DNA of 63,002 nt, filler included. It is 14 parts of 14 records of this genome, joined end to end, with 100 filler letters (N's around TTAATTAATTAA, not from the genome) between each part and the next. Parts side by side here need not be neighbours in the genome. Positions count along the whole stretch, not along the records: positions 21,174 to 29,198 come from SRR11831586_635; positions 29,299 to 31,687 come from SRR11831586_643; positions 31,788 to 39,194 come from SRR11831586_650; 11 more parts are not named here. One strand, 5' to 3'. Under the pieces are notes generated by a model that did no database searches, was not told the origin of the DNA, and worked only from the letters and a program-made list of their open reading frames with translations. Within the stretch, counting starts at the first letter, position 1; the number at the start of each line of letters is the position of its first letter. A program made the position numbers and the translations under genes. Shown here in pieces: positions 23,380 to 35,701 of this stretch.

Positions 23380-24620
23380 CAGGGTTTTACCCCCGTGTTT
23401 TCAGTTTCTACCCGATCCTGCGTTTCCATTGTCGGTTGTGCGGGCGGATCAACCTGCGCCAGACGTGGCGTGTGTGCCGGAAGCCAGCCAACCAGCGCCG
23501 GGAAGTGGCGTAAAAAGTGGAACGCCAGCACGCTTTTGGTCAGGTTCCACCAGGTGCGTTTGGGCAGCATGGTTTCATCCACCTGCTGACAATCTGCGGC
23601 AATAATGCCGTTCAGATTATCGCGCAGCGTCTGGTTAAAATGACGATCGTGGATGATGACATTTGCTTCGAGATTCAGTGACAAACTGAGCGGATCGAGA
23701 TTACTGGACCCTACTGTCGCCCAGTGATCGTCCATCAATGCCACTTTGCCGTGGAGCGGGCGGCGGCGGTACTCAAAAACCTGAACGCCGCCTTTAACCA
23801 GATAGTTATACAGCAAGCGCGCACCGACTCTGACAATCGGCATATCCGGTTCGCCCTGAATGATCAGTTTGATCCGCACCCCGCGCCGTGCCGCTTTACG
23901 CAAGGCGTGTAAAAATCGATAGCCGGGGAAGAAGTAGGCGTTGGCGATAATCACTTCCCGCCGCGCCTGAGTGAGCATTTTCAAATAATGGCGTTCAATA
24001 TCATCGCGATGTTCTTCGTTATCGCGCCAGACCAGCAATACCTGCGCTTCTCCCGGCTGGCGGTTCTCTTCCGCTTTGTGATGACGTCGCCACCAGCGTC
24101 GTGCCGCGCTCTGTCCAGGCAGGTTTTCCAGCTCAAACTGGAGAATATCTTCGACAATCGGCCCTTCAAGGCGTACCGCGTAATCCTGTTTAGCCTCTGG
24201 ACCGTAGCTGGACATATGCTCGGCGGAGTAATTCAGCCCGCCAATAAAGGCTATACGCGCGTCGATCACCACAATTTTGCGATGCATCCGGCGAAACACA
24301 TTGGTGCGCATACCAAAAAGGCGAGGGCGGGGATCGTAGTAGCGGAACACTACGCCAGCTGCCGTCAGTTCATTGACAAACTCATCGCTGAGATCCGGCG
24401 AACCGTAGCCATCCAGCAAGACTTCCGCTTTAACCCCGCGTTGCGCTGCTGCCAGTAGTGCCGCATGCAGTTGTTTGCCGACGTCATCCTCAAACCAGAT
24501 AAACGTTTCAAGAATGATGCGTTCTTGTGCCTCGCCAATCGCCTTAAACACCGCGGGATAATATTGCTCGCCGTTTTCCAGCAACTGGATCTTATTGCCT
24601 TCGCGCCAGCTACATTTCAT
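23379..24620 (-). CDS. clsB: Cardiolipin synthase B
   Basis: Two HKD motifs ([16 protein letters not shown]); 413 aa. Confidence 0.95.
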
Positions 24621-25378
24621 AAATGAATCTCCGCACTTAAAGGGGCATGATCAGAAAGGTGTCGCCATGTCCGCAGCGGCAACGCGGTTGGCGCGCTGGC
24701 GCTGGCATTTTTGACGTAGATCCTGTCCAGTCGTAGTAGAGGAAATTGCACCGGAAACGTGCGCGCCGGGCGTCCGTGGGCGCGGGTAAAAATCTCATCC
24801 AGTCCGGCCTGCACTTTTAACGGATGATTAGCTTTTTGCCGCCAGTCATTGAAATCACCCGCCACCAATACCGGTTCGCCGTCCGGTAGCTCATTCACCC
24901 ATTCGGCGAGCATCGCAAGCTGCGCCTGACGGTGCGCCTCACGCAGGCCCAGATGTACGCACATCACATGAATCGCTTTTCCGGTCATCGGCGGCACAAT
25001 GCGGCAGTAGAGCACGCCGCGCTTTTCCGCACCATCGACCGAAACATCGCGATTCTCATAATGTTCAATGGGATAACGCGACAGTACGGCGTTGCCGTGA
25101 TGCCCTTCCGGGTATACGGCATTGCGACCGTAGGCAAAATCGCTCCACATAGTGTCGGCGAGAAACTCGTAGTGCGAGGTATCGGGCCAGTTTTCCACAT
25201 GCAGCGGATGAACTTCGTGCGCGCCCATCACTTCCTGCAGGCAAACAATATCGGCGCTGACGGTACGCACGGCGTCGCGAAGTTCCGGCAAAATGAAGCG
25301 TCGGTTAAACGCGGTAAAGCCTTTGTGAATATTGATGGTGAGCACCTTGAACGAAAATTGTTGTGTTTGATCGGGCAT
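24617..25378 (-). CDS. ybhP: Endonuclease/exonuclease/phosphatase family protein YbhP
   Basis: LQEV, AGDFN, LDRIY and SDH motifs. Confidence 0.93.
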
Positions 25379-25510
25379 AATTTTCCTGTCTTTGCCTCTT
25401 ATCTCATTGAAATAGTGTAGTCGGCGTCACAAAAAGGTGCGGTCTTACGGAATTTTCCGTAAAGTTCGGTACTCTGAGTAAGTAGAGATAAATTCTTCAG
25501 GAGAGAAGCC

Positions 25511-25921
25511 ATGAAGTGGCAACAACGTGTTCGTGTCGCAACGGGTCTAAGTTGCTGGCAGATTATGTTGCATTTACTGGTAGTGGCGCTGCTGGTGGTG
25601 GGCTGGATGAGTAAGACTCTGGTTCACGTCGGCGTGGGATTATGCGCACTGTATTGTGTCACGGTAGTGATGATGCTGGTGTTTCAGCGCCACCCCGAGC
25701 AACGCTGGCGTGAGGTGGCAGACGTGCTGGAAGAGCTGACCACGACCTGGTATTTTGGCGCAGCGCTGATTGTGCTGTGGCTGTTGTCCCGCGTTCTGGA
25801 AAACAACTTTTTGCTGGCAATTGCAGGGCTGGCAATCCTTGCCGGCCCGGCGGTAGTGTCTTTGCTGGCGAAAGATAAGAAGTTACATCACCTTACGTCT
25901 AAACATCGCGTACGCCGCTGA
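25511..25921 (+). CDS. ybhQ: Inner membrane protein YbhQ
   Basis: 136 aa with 4 predicted TM segments; synteny. Confidence 0.88.
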
Positions 25922-26989
25922 CCCTGTCGTGGCCGTTATCACCAGTAGCGGCCACAAACTATTCCACACAATATCCAGACTCGCATCCTTCAAATAAATC
26001 TGCTTGGTAATGTCCGTAAAGTGGCGAATAGGGTTAATCCACGTCAGGTTTTGCAGCCATACCGGCATGTTTTCCACCGGAGAAACGTAACCGGAAAGGA
26101 GAATGGCGGGCATCATAAAGACAAACACGCCGATAAACGCCTGCTGTTGTGTTGAACAGAGTGATGAAATCAACAGACCGAATCCCACCAGCGATAAACC
26201 ATAAATCACCATCGTAAAGTAGAACAGCGCCAGCGATCCGGCGAAGGGGATTTGATACGCCCAGATACCAATCGCCAGCACAATGGTGGCCTGGAAGGTG
26301 GCGACAATTAACGCCGGTACGGCTTTGCCGATGAAGATCTGCCAGGTGGTGAGCGGCGAAACCAGTAGCTGATCGAGCGTACCTTGTTCACGTTCGCGGG
26401 CGACGGAAAGTGAAGTGACGATCATTACGCCGATAGTGGTGATCATGGCGATCAGTGACGGCACCACAAACCATTTGTAGTCGAGATTCGGGTTATACCA
26501 GTTGCGTACCACCAGCTCGCTGTTGTTAGGTTTCGGTTTTCCTTCCAGCAGCTCCTGCTGATAATTTTTGACGATCTGTTGCAGGTAGTTGGCGGCAATT
26601 TGCGCACTGTTGGAGTTACGCCCGTCGAGGATCAACTGCAAAGGCGCGGTCTGGAAGGTATCCAGTTTGCGCGAGAAGTCAGCCGGGAAACGCACCAGTA
26701 GTAACGCCTTTTGTGTGTCGATGGTTGGGCGGATCTCCTGTGGGCTTTTCAGCAGCAGCACATGAGTAAAGGCGCTGGCGCGGGCAAAACGTTGGGTCAG
26801 CTCCACCGAATGCTCGCCGTTATCTTCATCGTAGATGGCGATGGTGGCGTTAGTCACTTCCAGCGTGGCGGCGAACGGGAACAGGATCACCTGAATTAGC
26901 ACGGGTAAAATCAGAATCGCGCGGGTTTGCGGTTCGCGCAGCAACGACTGCAACTCTTTGCGGATTAACGTCCATAAGCGATGAAACAT
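25883..26989 (-). CDS. ybhR: ABC-2 exporter permease YbhR
   Basis: [16 protein letters not shown]. Confidence 0.93.
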
Positions 26990-26999
26990 GCTCTTCTCC

Positions 27000-28132
27000 C
27001 TAATCCAGCCGACGTTTGGTTTTCAGCCACGTCAGGCCGATAAACATCACCGCCGAAGCGATCAAAAACAGCACGTTTACCACCAGCACCACTGGAATAT
27101 TCCCGGCGAGGAACAGGCTTTGCAGGGTGCTGACGAAATAACGAGCGGGAATAATGTACGTCACCGCGCGGATCACCGCGGGCATACTGTCGATCTGAAA
27201 AATAAAGCCGGAAAGCATAATCGACGGCAGAAAAGCGGCGTTCAGGGCGACCTGAGCGGCATTGAACTGGTTGCGGGTAATCGTGGAAATCAGCAGCCCC
27301 ATCCCCAGGGTACTGAGTAAAAACAGGCTGGAGATAAAAAACAGAATCAGCAGCGACCCGCGATACGGCACGCCGAGAATAAACACTGACACCAGCATAC
27401 ACAGCAACATCGCCAGCATCCCGAGAAAGTAATAAGGGATCAGCTTACACAGCAGCAGTTCCGTGCGGGTAATCTCCGTAGAGAGCAGAGCCTCCATGGT
27501 GCCGCGTTCCCATTCTCGCGCCACCACCAGCGAGGTGAGAATCGCGCCGATGACCGTCATGATAATGGTCACCGCACCGGGGATAATGAAGTGCTGGCTA
27601 ATCGCCGCCGGGTTAAACCAGTAGCGGGTTTGTACATCAATAAGCGGTTCAAAAGTCTGCCCGTTGTCCTCCGCTCGCTGCATTTGCCAGATCTGCCAGA
27701 TCCCTTCGACATACCCCTGTACAAGTTAGCGGTATTCGGCTCACTGCCGTCGGTGATCACCTGAATCGGTGCGGTGGCGTTGGCGCGCTCCATCTGTTCC
27801 GCAAAATCCACCGGAATAACCACCAGACCGCGAATTTTCCCCGCCTGCATTTTGGCGATCAGTTCCTGACGGTTATCGCTGATGGTGGCGTCGATGTAGG
27901 GCGAACCGGTCATGGTGTGGGTGAAATCCAGCGCCGCTTCGCTACGCTGTTCCAGTAAAATCCCGACCCGCAGCTTGCTGGAGTCGAGGTTAATGCCGTA
28001 ACCAAAAATAAACAGCAGTAGCAGCGGGATCACTACCGCAATCAGCCAGCTACTCGGATCGCGAACGATCTGCCGCGTCTCTTTAACGCACAGCGCCCGT
28101 ACGCGACGCCAGGACAGGATCGGGTTACTCAT
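27000..28132 (-). CDS. ybhS: ABC-2 exporter permease YbhS with a -1 frameshift near 27723 (probable sequencing error)
   Basis: Two overlapping ORFs; adding one T to the TT in aacTTgtacag restores ...[14 protein letters not shown]... Confidence 0.88.
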
Positions 28133-29198
28133 TGCTATGCTCCTTATCCCAGTCGTGGATCAACTGAATAAAGGCTTGCTCCATGGTGGGATCGGGTTGC
28201 TCATCGTTAGCCGACTGTGCTTTCAAATCGTCCGGCGTGCCGCTGGCGATTAATTTCCCGCGGTACACCAGGCCGATGCGGTCGCAATATTCCGCTTCAT
28301 CCATAAAGTGGGTGGTGACCATCACCGTGACGCCTTTCTCTACCATGCTGTTGATGTGCAGCCAAAATTCACGGCGGGTGAGGGGGTCAACGCCGGAAGT
28401 CGGTTCGTCGAGAAACAGAATGTCCGGTTCATGCATCAGCGAACAGGCCAGCGCCAGCCGCTGTTTAAAACCTAATGGCAGTTCATCGGTGGCGTGGGAG
28501 GCGATACTTTTCAGGCCGAACGCCTCGCTCATGCGGGAGATTTTTTCGTTCTGCGCCCGACCGCGTAAGCCATACACACCAGAGAAAAAGCGTAAATTCT
28601 GTTCGACCGTCAGGTTACCGTAGAGCGAAAATTTTTGCGCCATATAGCCGAGATGCTGGCGCGCTTTACCGGAACTCTCTTTCAGATCCATCCCCAGCAC
28701 CAGCGCCTGGCCGGAAGTCGGCACCAGCAAACCGCACATCATCTTAAAGGTGGTCGATTTACCCGCGCCGTTTGGCCCCAGCAAACCAAAAATCTCCCCA
28801 CGTTTAACGGCAAAGTTGACGTGATCGGTGGCGGCAAAATCCCCAAATTTCTTGGTCAGTTCTTTCGCTTCGATCACCGTCTCGCCGGGTGTGCCTTCTA
28901 CCGTATGTAATATTGCGCCCAGCGGCGATTCCGAGGTTCCGGCACCGCCCAGCAAATCAATAAACGCATCTTCAAAACGCGGCGTAGTTTCGTTGATGTT
29001 GATTTCCGGCATCCCGTCGGCATGGCGAATATCGTCTGGTGTGGCCTCTTTTTTGAGGATCAGACGTACCGATTTCCCCTGAATCATGCCGTCGCTGACC
29101 TGCGGCAGTTTCAAGGCGCGTTGCAACAGTTTGCGGTTGCCCTCGTGTGGACTGGTCATCAGAAAGCTGCGTCCGGCCATGGTTTGTGTCAGGGCTTT
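28125..29198 (-). CDS. ybhF: ABC exporter ATP-binding subunit YbhF, 5'-truncated
   Basis: Walker [17 protein letters not shown]. Confidence 0.93.
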   Translation of the reverse strand, partial: KALTQTMAGRSFLMTSPHEGNRKLLQRALKLPQVSDGMIQGKSVRLILKKEATPDDIRHADGMPEININETTPRFEDAFIDLLGGAGTSESPLGAILHTVEGTPGETVIEAKELTKKFGDFAATDHVNFAVKRGEIFGLLGPNGAGKSTTFKMMCGLLVPTSGQALVLGMDLKESSGKARQHLGYMAQKFSLYGNLTVEQNLRFFSGVYGLRGRAQNEKISRMSEAFGLKSIASHATDELPLGFKQRLALACSLMHEPDILFLDEPTSGVDPLTRREFWLHINSMVEKGVTVMVTTHFMDEAEYCDRIGLVYRGKLIASGTPDDLKAQSANDEQPDPTMEQAFIQLIHDWDKEHSNE

Positions 29199-29298
29199 NN
29201 NNNNNNNNNNNNNNNNNNNNNNNNNNNNNNNNNNNNNNNNNNTTAATTAATTAANNNNNNNNNNNNNNNNNNNNNNNNNNNNNNNNNNNNNNNNNNNN

Positions 29299-31687
29299 GT
29301 GTGGGGCCCGTACACACATTGTCGTCCGCGTTACCGGCGCTGATGGCTGTGCTGCGCTGTGGCAGGGCGCAGTCGCAGGTGGACATCGCTGCGCTCTGTG
29401 GCACTTCGAGCGTGGTGCGCTGGGGCGTGGTTGCCCTGGCCCTGCTGCACGCGGACGACGAGTGTCGGATGGCAGCGATCGAAATGCTGTCTGTTGTGGG
29501 ACGCAAAACTCCCGTACGCAGACTGTGCTCGGATCAGTGTGTCGATGTTGTAGTGCATCCAGGGTGTTGGGTGTTGATTGTTGAATTCGCTACACAACTT
29601 TCGCGTGGGCTGCAGTGTTGAGATCCATGACTTATATGTTCACTGGACGCTTGGAGCAGGTCTCCGCGGACGAAGTCTTGTGCGTGCGGCTGTTCCTTGC
29701 GTTCAACATGAAGATCTCCAGCGTACGCTGTCGTGCGCGCACCACGGCGGCGCTGGCCAGGTTCATGGAGCGGCTGGGCGCGTCCTCCGTGTCCCCGTCG
29801 GAGCCGTGCGCACCGCTCATCTTTGAGGACGACTCCCTTCCCCGCGCTCTGCGTTCTGCGCTTCTCGACACGTGCGGCCCGCTCCTGCAGCCGTCCGCCT
29901 CTTTCGCGGAGACCCTGCATCAGCACATTCTGGCGGGTCTGTTTCCTGGGGCCGGTTTCCAGCGCCGTCTGCAGGCGCTGCAGCTCATCACGCCGTCGAT
30001 CGCGCGTGATCTGGCCGCATCCCTCACTCCGATGCTGATCAACGTGTTCACTGATTCGTATGACAACAATCGGTACGGCTCGTGGTCCTCGCACGGTATT
30101 TTCGGGGTTCCAATACCCGTTTGGATCGCCGCCTTTTCACTCTGGCCCTTTGTGTAGGGATATCGCATATCAGCTCCTGATGACGCTGCCCTGTCCGCTG
30201 CCGCAGCTTGCGTCGGCAGATGCGGTGCAGGCGCTTATGCAGTGGTCCCTGGACATGATGATGCGTCCTTATCTCCGCGAGCGAGACGGGGCTGCCCTGG
30301 TTCTGCGACTTGTGTGTGCCAAGTATGCGTGCACGCTCATGTGGCGCATTGATGTGGACCCGGTCACCCGGCGCTGCACTGTGCACGCGGAGGAGCATGT
30401 GCGGTGGTCCTCGCCCGCTCAAGGTGCGCGCTGCATCCTCGCCTGTCTCGGTGGTGTCGGTTGCGTCGTGTGCGAAGTGTTTGGCCCATCCTTAGAGTGG
30501 CACTCTGCGGACTGCTAGTGTGTACAGATGTGCACTGACGCTGGCGAGTATGTGTTTATTGTGTACACGTGTTCCGTGAGCGCTATTAACCATCTTCTTC
30601 GTGTTCTCTTCCAGCCCTTCTGCACTTCCTCTCCCAGCTGAGCGGCTTGGTACAGGCGCAGTTTGATAGCAAGGTACCCCGTCCTCGCACATCCGTGTGT
30701 TTCTCACATTGCATAGGCTGCGAACCTTGGCCTTGTGCACGGACTTCTCCTCGGGGTGCGCCTGATTCTGTCAGATGTTGATTTTGACGACGCACGCGTC
30801 ATCGAGAACGCCACTGATTGGCAATCCGTAATCTCTGCGGTACGTGGTGTGGCTGCGACGCCGTTGTTCTATTAACGATTGGATTATCCTCGTGCAGCTT
30901 CTGGTGCATATCCATGACACAGCGCGTGTCGCCCTCAAGCGATTCGCTCAGTCAGGTCCGGGCGGCACCCCGGTGCCTCACACGGACGGATTCTAGTACG
31001 CGCCGCCTGTCGCACGCAGTGAGTGTTATTGATCGTGGCGTCTTATATATCGTTAGCGCTGCGGACTCGGATGCAGTGGAGGACGTTCCGTTGCTTTCTA
31101 TGGCGGCGGATGTAATAGGTGCAGGGTATGTGCGGCTGTGCATGTTTGTGCGTGTGCGACGGTTTTGGTCTTGTATTCTGTGATCGTGTGACGGTATCTG
31201 TGTTGATAATTGGCCAGGTTCGCGGACCCGCGTGTATACTTTCGTGTGCAAGCGTGGCTAGCAATCAAGGAAGCATCGCTGTTGTGTGGTGCGCTATTCA
31301 ACCAGGTGCCTCTCACGGGCAAGGTACGTTGTGCCCACACGCGCCACACAGAATACTGTTACACTGCGGTACTCATTCGCGCACTGCAGCCTACCGATTT
31401 GGTGACCGTCGAGCAGGCAAGAAGAGCCGGTGATTTGCTGATTCGCGTGATGCTGTCGACTGGACACACCGGCGTCATCGAGAAGACTCATGCTGGCCTT
31501 ATTTTGCTTTGCCGTCGGCTTCTGCGCTCGGTGTGTGTGGAACTGCGAGCGCTGCCTTCGCTTTGGCTTCATGTACGTCTTCGATTCGGTCCCTTTTGGT
31601 TGCGGCTCACATGACGCTTCAGGCGTTGTTGGATATCACTGCCTCAGGGATGAGCACAACCGTGCTTCGGCGCAGTGCAGGTCTTCC
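29299..31687 (+). CDS. Eukaryotic THADA/Trm732 (DUF2428) homologue, internal fragment; exons 29299-29513, 29660-30072, 30158-30423, 30615-30673, 30717-30839, 30898-30995, 31057-31125, 31218-31323, 31390-31572, 31623-31687
   Basis: Nine GT..AG introns give a continuous frame with THADA-like motifs DSYDNNRDIAYQLL, RERDGAALVLRL, VHGLLLGVR, AWLAIKEASLL, STGHTGVIE and the hallmark LRRSAGL(P). Confidence 0.8.
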
Positions 31688-31787
31688 NNNNNNNNNNNNN
31701 NNNNNNNNNNNNNNNNNNNNNNNNNNNNNNNTTAATTAATTAANNNNNNNNNNNNNNNNNNNNNNNNNNNNNNNNNNNNNNNNNNNN

Positions 31788-31876
31788 ACAACGTTGCCAA
31801 AACCCCAGACAGTGATAAAAGACATCAGCGCAATGTTGTACCATCGCAACTGTTTTTCCTGAACATTCCCAGCCAT
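31788..31876 (-). CDS. ycaM: APC-family transporter YcaM, 5' fragment
   Basis: MAGNVQEKQLRWYNIALMSFITVWGFGNV. Confidence 0.85.
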
Positions 31877-32085
31877 AGACAAATCCTTCGCCAAAATTAA
31901 AGGGGCATCGGTAAAACGAGGGATTATGCGCGGCAAATAAGAAGTGCGGAAATAGCGAAATGCAAAATTATAACCTGCTGCACATTTTATTTTTAAACGA
32001 ATAAAATTTGGAATAAAGCAAGTCAGATAGAAGAAACAAAAAAGCAGAGTGTGAAACAGTAAGTTCACACTCTGCTTGAATTCAT

Positions 32086-33234
32086 TTACACGTGAGCAAC
32101 GGGTTTCGGCGTATGACCGGCGTTGCGCAGCAGCATCAGCAAATAGATAAACGATACGCTGGCGATCATGATAAACAATAAATTATCGGAGAAATTCTGC
32201 ATTAGCATAGCGGTAAATGACGGGCCAAGCAGACTTCCCACAGTATAGCTCAACAGTAAGGCCTGGTTCATCGCCACCAGTTGATGATGTTCAACTTTCT
32301 CGCAAGCCCATGCCATCGCCACCGGATATAGCGTAAAGCCAGCGGCACCGAGGATGAATAACGCTGGGGCCATCGCCGCCTGGCTAAGCATCGCGATACT
32401 GCCGAGAATGACGACAAAGACCTGAACACGCAACACCAGCAGTCGACCAAACTTATCCGCCAGACGTCCAATCGGCCATTGTCCAAGGATACCCGCACTG
32501 ACCAGTACCGCCATCCAGAAACCAATGCTGGCATTGCTCACCCCTTTGTGATTGAGGTACAGCGGCATCAGGCCATATAGAGATCCCAGAACGATTCCTG
32601 AGATAATGCAGCCATTCACGCCAAGCCGCGCCTGACGGAGTTTTAGCATTGACGTAATTGACGTCGAATCATGGTTTTCAGCCTGCTGATTCAGCACACG
32701 CGTAAACAACAGCGGTAAGATCCCTGCCAACGTCAAACCTGTAACCCACGGCAATACGGACATCAGCTCGGTTGAAACTTTGCTGACCAGTAACTGGCCT
32801 AAAAACGTTCCCACGTAATAAACCATCATATACGCAGCAAGCAAACGCCCACGGTTACGTGACGTCCCACTGCACATCAGCGCGCTCTCAACAACCACCC
32901 AAATCATGGCACAGCCGACGCCCGCGACAAAACGCCAAGCCAACCAGCTCCAGAATCCAATCATCAGGCCAAGGCCGGCACAGCCAGCGGCAAAAATGAA
33001 GGAGGCCAGATAATAGCTGCGGTTAAAGCCAATGCGCTTAATGACATACCCTGTCAGCAATGTACCGACAAGGTTGCCGGTAAAATAGGATGAGCTGACA
33101 ACGCCTACCTGCCATGTGGACATGTGTTCCTGGGCGAGCCAAAGCGGCACGAGTGTATTTAACACCGCAATCGCCAGAGTCAACAAAAGCAGGCCAGACA
33201 GCAAAAGCATGACAGGCTGGGTATACGTGGACAT
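32086..33234 (-). CDS. ycaD: MFS transporter YcaD
   Basis: 382 aa; [12 protein letters not shown] motif. Confidence 0.92.
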   Translation of the reverse strand: MSTYTQPVMLLLSGLLLLTLAIAVLNTLVPLWLAQEHMSTWQVGVVSSSYFTGNLVGTLLTGYVIKRIGFNRSYYLASFIFAAGCAGLGLMIGFWSWLAWRFVAGVGCAMIWVVVESALMCSGTSRNRGRLLAAYMMVYYVGTFLGQLLVSKVSTELMSVLPWVTGLTLAGILPLLFTRVLNQQAENHDSTSITSMLKLRQARLGVNGCIISGIVLGSLYGLMPLYLNHKGVSNASIGFWMAVLVSAGILGQWPIGRLADKFGRLLVLRVQVFVVILGSIAMLSQAAMAPALFILGAAGFTLYPVAMAWACEKVEHHQLVAMNQALLLSYTVGSLLGPSFTAMLMQNFSDNLLFIMIASVSFIYLLMLLRNAGHTPKPVAHV

Positions 33235-33547
33235 GAATTAAAACCGTGAGGAAGTTCAAATTTCATGCGCATCATGCCACCGCCAAAAACATTGTCAATG
33301 GGTGAAAATACGCGATATCCCAGCGGCGGTATTATCGATTTATATTACTCATTCATAACGCTAATGCTGAAGAGATGATTAGTCTCATCTGATTGTTTTT
33401 ATTGAACTAACACAAATTTCATACGCTTCGTTCAGTCGAAAAATTTCATGGTCACAGCAAACTCATATTTCCCGTCTATGCTTTCAGAGCAATGCATCGC
33501 GTCTGATCGATTTCAGACGTACCACTGACTCTCGAAAGGAGAAGAGG

Positions 33548-34174
33548 ATGACCAAACCGTATGTTCGTCTTGATAAAAATGATGCTGCCGTTTTGCTTGT
33601 TGATCACCAGGCTGGTTTACTTTCCCTTGTACGGGATATCGAACCCGATAAGTTTAAAAATAACGTGCTGGCGCTGGGTGACCTGGCTAAGTATTTCAAC
33701 TTACCAACTATTCTTACCACCAGTTTTGAAACCGGTCCTAACGGCCCATTAGTTCCAGAACTGAAAGCACAATTCCCCGATACACCTTACATTGCTCGCC
33801 CGGGAAATATTAACGCCTGGGATAACGAAGATTTTGTAAAAGCTGTCAAAGCGACAGGTAAAAAACAGTTAATTATTGCCGGTGTGGTAACCGAAGTTTG
33901 CGTGGCATTCCCGGCGCTTTCAGCCATTGAAGAAGGGTTTGACGTCTTTGTCGTGACTGACGCGTCAGGGACCTTTAATGAAATTACCCGGCATTCGGCA
34001 TGGGATCGCTTGTCGCAAGCTGGTGCGCAATTGATGACATGGTTCGGCGTGGCGTGCGAGCTGCATCGCGACTGGCGTAATGATATTGAAGGACTGGCGA
34101 CGTTGTTCTCTAACCACATTCCTGATTATCGTAATTTGATGACCAGTTATGACACGTTAACGAAGCAGAAATAA
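33548..34174 (+). CDS. ycaC: Isochorismatase-family hydrolase YcaC
   Basis: LLVDHQ; GVVTEVCV; VVTDASG. Confidence 0.93.
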   Translation: MTKPYVRLDKNDAAVLLVDHQAGLLSLVRDIEPDKFKNNVLALGDLAKYFNLPTILTTSFETGPNGPLVPELKAQFPDTPYIARPGNINAWDNEDFVKAVKATGKKQLIIAGVVTEVCVAFPALSAIEEGFDVFVVTDASGTFNEITRHSAWDRLSQAGAQLMTWFGVACELHRDWRNDIEGLATLFSNHIPDYRNLMTSYDTLTKQK

Positions 34175-34180
34175 AAGAGA

Positions 34181-34200
34181 ACCGGGGCCGAAACCCCGGT
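34181..34200. terminator. Hairpin between convergent ycaC and dmsC
   Basis: accgggg-ccgaaa-ccccggt. Confidence 0.65.
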
Positions 34201-34208
34201 TGTTATGA

Positions 34209-35072
34209 TTAGCTTGCGACGGCCATCCCCACGGTCATATGCAAACCATAGAATACGCCGCGACCGATTAATTCCCCTGCCAGAAGCAGAATGAATGATA
34301 CAGAAAGTAGCGGAACCGCAGGCTGATAACCTTTTAGCTGTGGTGCAATCCACAAGCACAGGGCAACGGCCAAAAGCACGATCCGCCAGGACATCAGCGC
34401 ACCATAGTCCGGCACCAGCGCTGCGGCCTGCTGCACAGAACTATGAATAGTCGCCAGCTCTGCGCCCTGCATCACTGACACCACGCCACTCACTACCAGT
34501 GCCAGTACAGAAATTGCTGGCAGCAGACGCATCGCCCAGCCATCGACGCCAGCCAGACTCAACAACAGGTAACCCAGTAACGGGCCGCCCATAAACATCG
34601 TCAGGAAGAAGCCCATCGGCGTCCAGATGCTGTACCAGGTCGGAACGGTATCAATGCTGTTATACACACGCACCATCATCCAGACAAAGATGACGCCAAG
34701 AACCATCGTCACTATCAGCCACAGCGTACGCAATGCCGGTGACAGCTTTTTCAGCATTGCCAGCAACCAGCCGATGCCGCCTACGGCAAAAAAGATCGAA
34801 CCGCTGGCGATTTCGTTACTGAGTGCTGAAGCCCCTACCCGGTTGAGCGAGTTAAAAGCGCGCATTGGTGAACCAAGATGGAGCATAGAGGCGATAAAGC
34901 CAATGCCCATCAGCACCCATAAACCAAACATGCAGGCGATAACACGCTGCTGGGCTTCTGCTCGCAGGTCGCCTTTGAGCAGCGCCAAAGCCAGAACGAT
35001 AAAACCACCTGCTACACATTGCCCGAAGACCGTGAAGATCATCAGCGGCCATTCATGCCATCCACTTCCCAT
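34209..35072 (-). CDS. dmsC: DMSO reductase anchor subunit, 287 aa
   Basis: HEWPLMIFT; HLGSPMRA. Confidence 0.95.
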   Translation of the reverse strand: MGSGWHEWPLMIFTVFGQCVAGGFIVLALALLKGDLRAEAQQRVIACMFGLWVLMGIGFIASMLHLGSPMRAFNSLNRVGASALSNEIASGSIFFAVGGIGWLLAMLKKLSPALRTLWLIVTMVLGVIFVWMMVRVYNSIDTVPTWYSIWTPMGFFLTMFMGGPLLGYLLLSLAGVDGWAMRLLPAISVLALVVSGVVSVMQGAELATIHSSVQQAAALVPDYGALMSWRIVLLAVALCLWIAPQLKGYQPAVPLLSVSFILLLAGELIGRGVFYGLHMTVGMAVAS

Positions 35073-35073
35073 C

Positions 35074-35691
35074 TCACACCTCCTTCGGGTTTGCCAGATA
35101 GCCAGTGGTATCCCCGGTCGGGCGGCTATTGGCATTGGGTTTGATCACAATATTCGGTTTGGTAAAGTGAGCTCGCGGCAACGGCGCAACGGCCGCCAGA
35201 TCGCCATGTTTTTTACGCAGCTCGTCGATAGGGCCGAAATCCAGCGCCCGCAGCGGACAAGATTCAACACAGATCGGCTTTTTACCCTCCGCAACACGGT
35301 CATAACAACCATCGCATTTGGTCATATGGCCTTTCGTTTCGTTATATTGCGGTGCGCCATACGGGCAAGCCATATGGCAGTAGCGGCAGCCAATGCACAC
35401 ATCTTCATCGACCACAACAAAACCATCTTCACGTTTATGCATCGCACCGCTCGGGCAGACTTTAGTACAAGCCGGATCTTCGCAGTGGTTACATGAAATC
35501 GACAGATAGTAGGCAAACACGTTCTGGTGCCAGACACCGTTATCTTCCTGCCAGTCGCCGCCAGCATATTCATAAATGCGGCGGAAGCTGACTTCTGGCG
35601 TCAAATCTTTGTAGTCTTTACAGGCCAGCTCGCAGGTTTTGCAACCGGTGCAACGGCTGGAATCAATAAAAAATCCATACTGGGTTGTCAT
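35074..35691 (-). CDS. dmsB: DMSO reductase Fe-S subunit
   Basis: Four cysteine clusters; 205 aa. Confidence 0.96.
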   Translation of the reverse strand: MTTQYGFFIDSSRCTGCKTCELACKDYKDLTPEVSFRRIYEYAGGDWQEDNGVWHQNVFAYYLSISCNHCEDPACTKVCPSGAMHKREDGFVVVDEDVCIGCRYCHMACPYGAPQYNETKGHMTKCDGCYDRVAEGKKPICVESCPLRALDFGPIDELRKKHGDLAAVAPLPRAHFTKPNIVIKPNANSRPTGDTTGYLANPKEV

Positions 35692-35701
35692 CGGTTACTC
35701 C

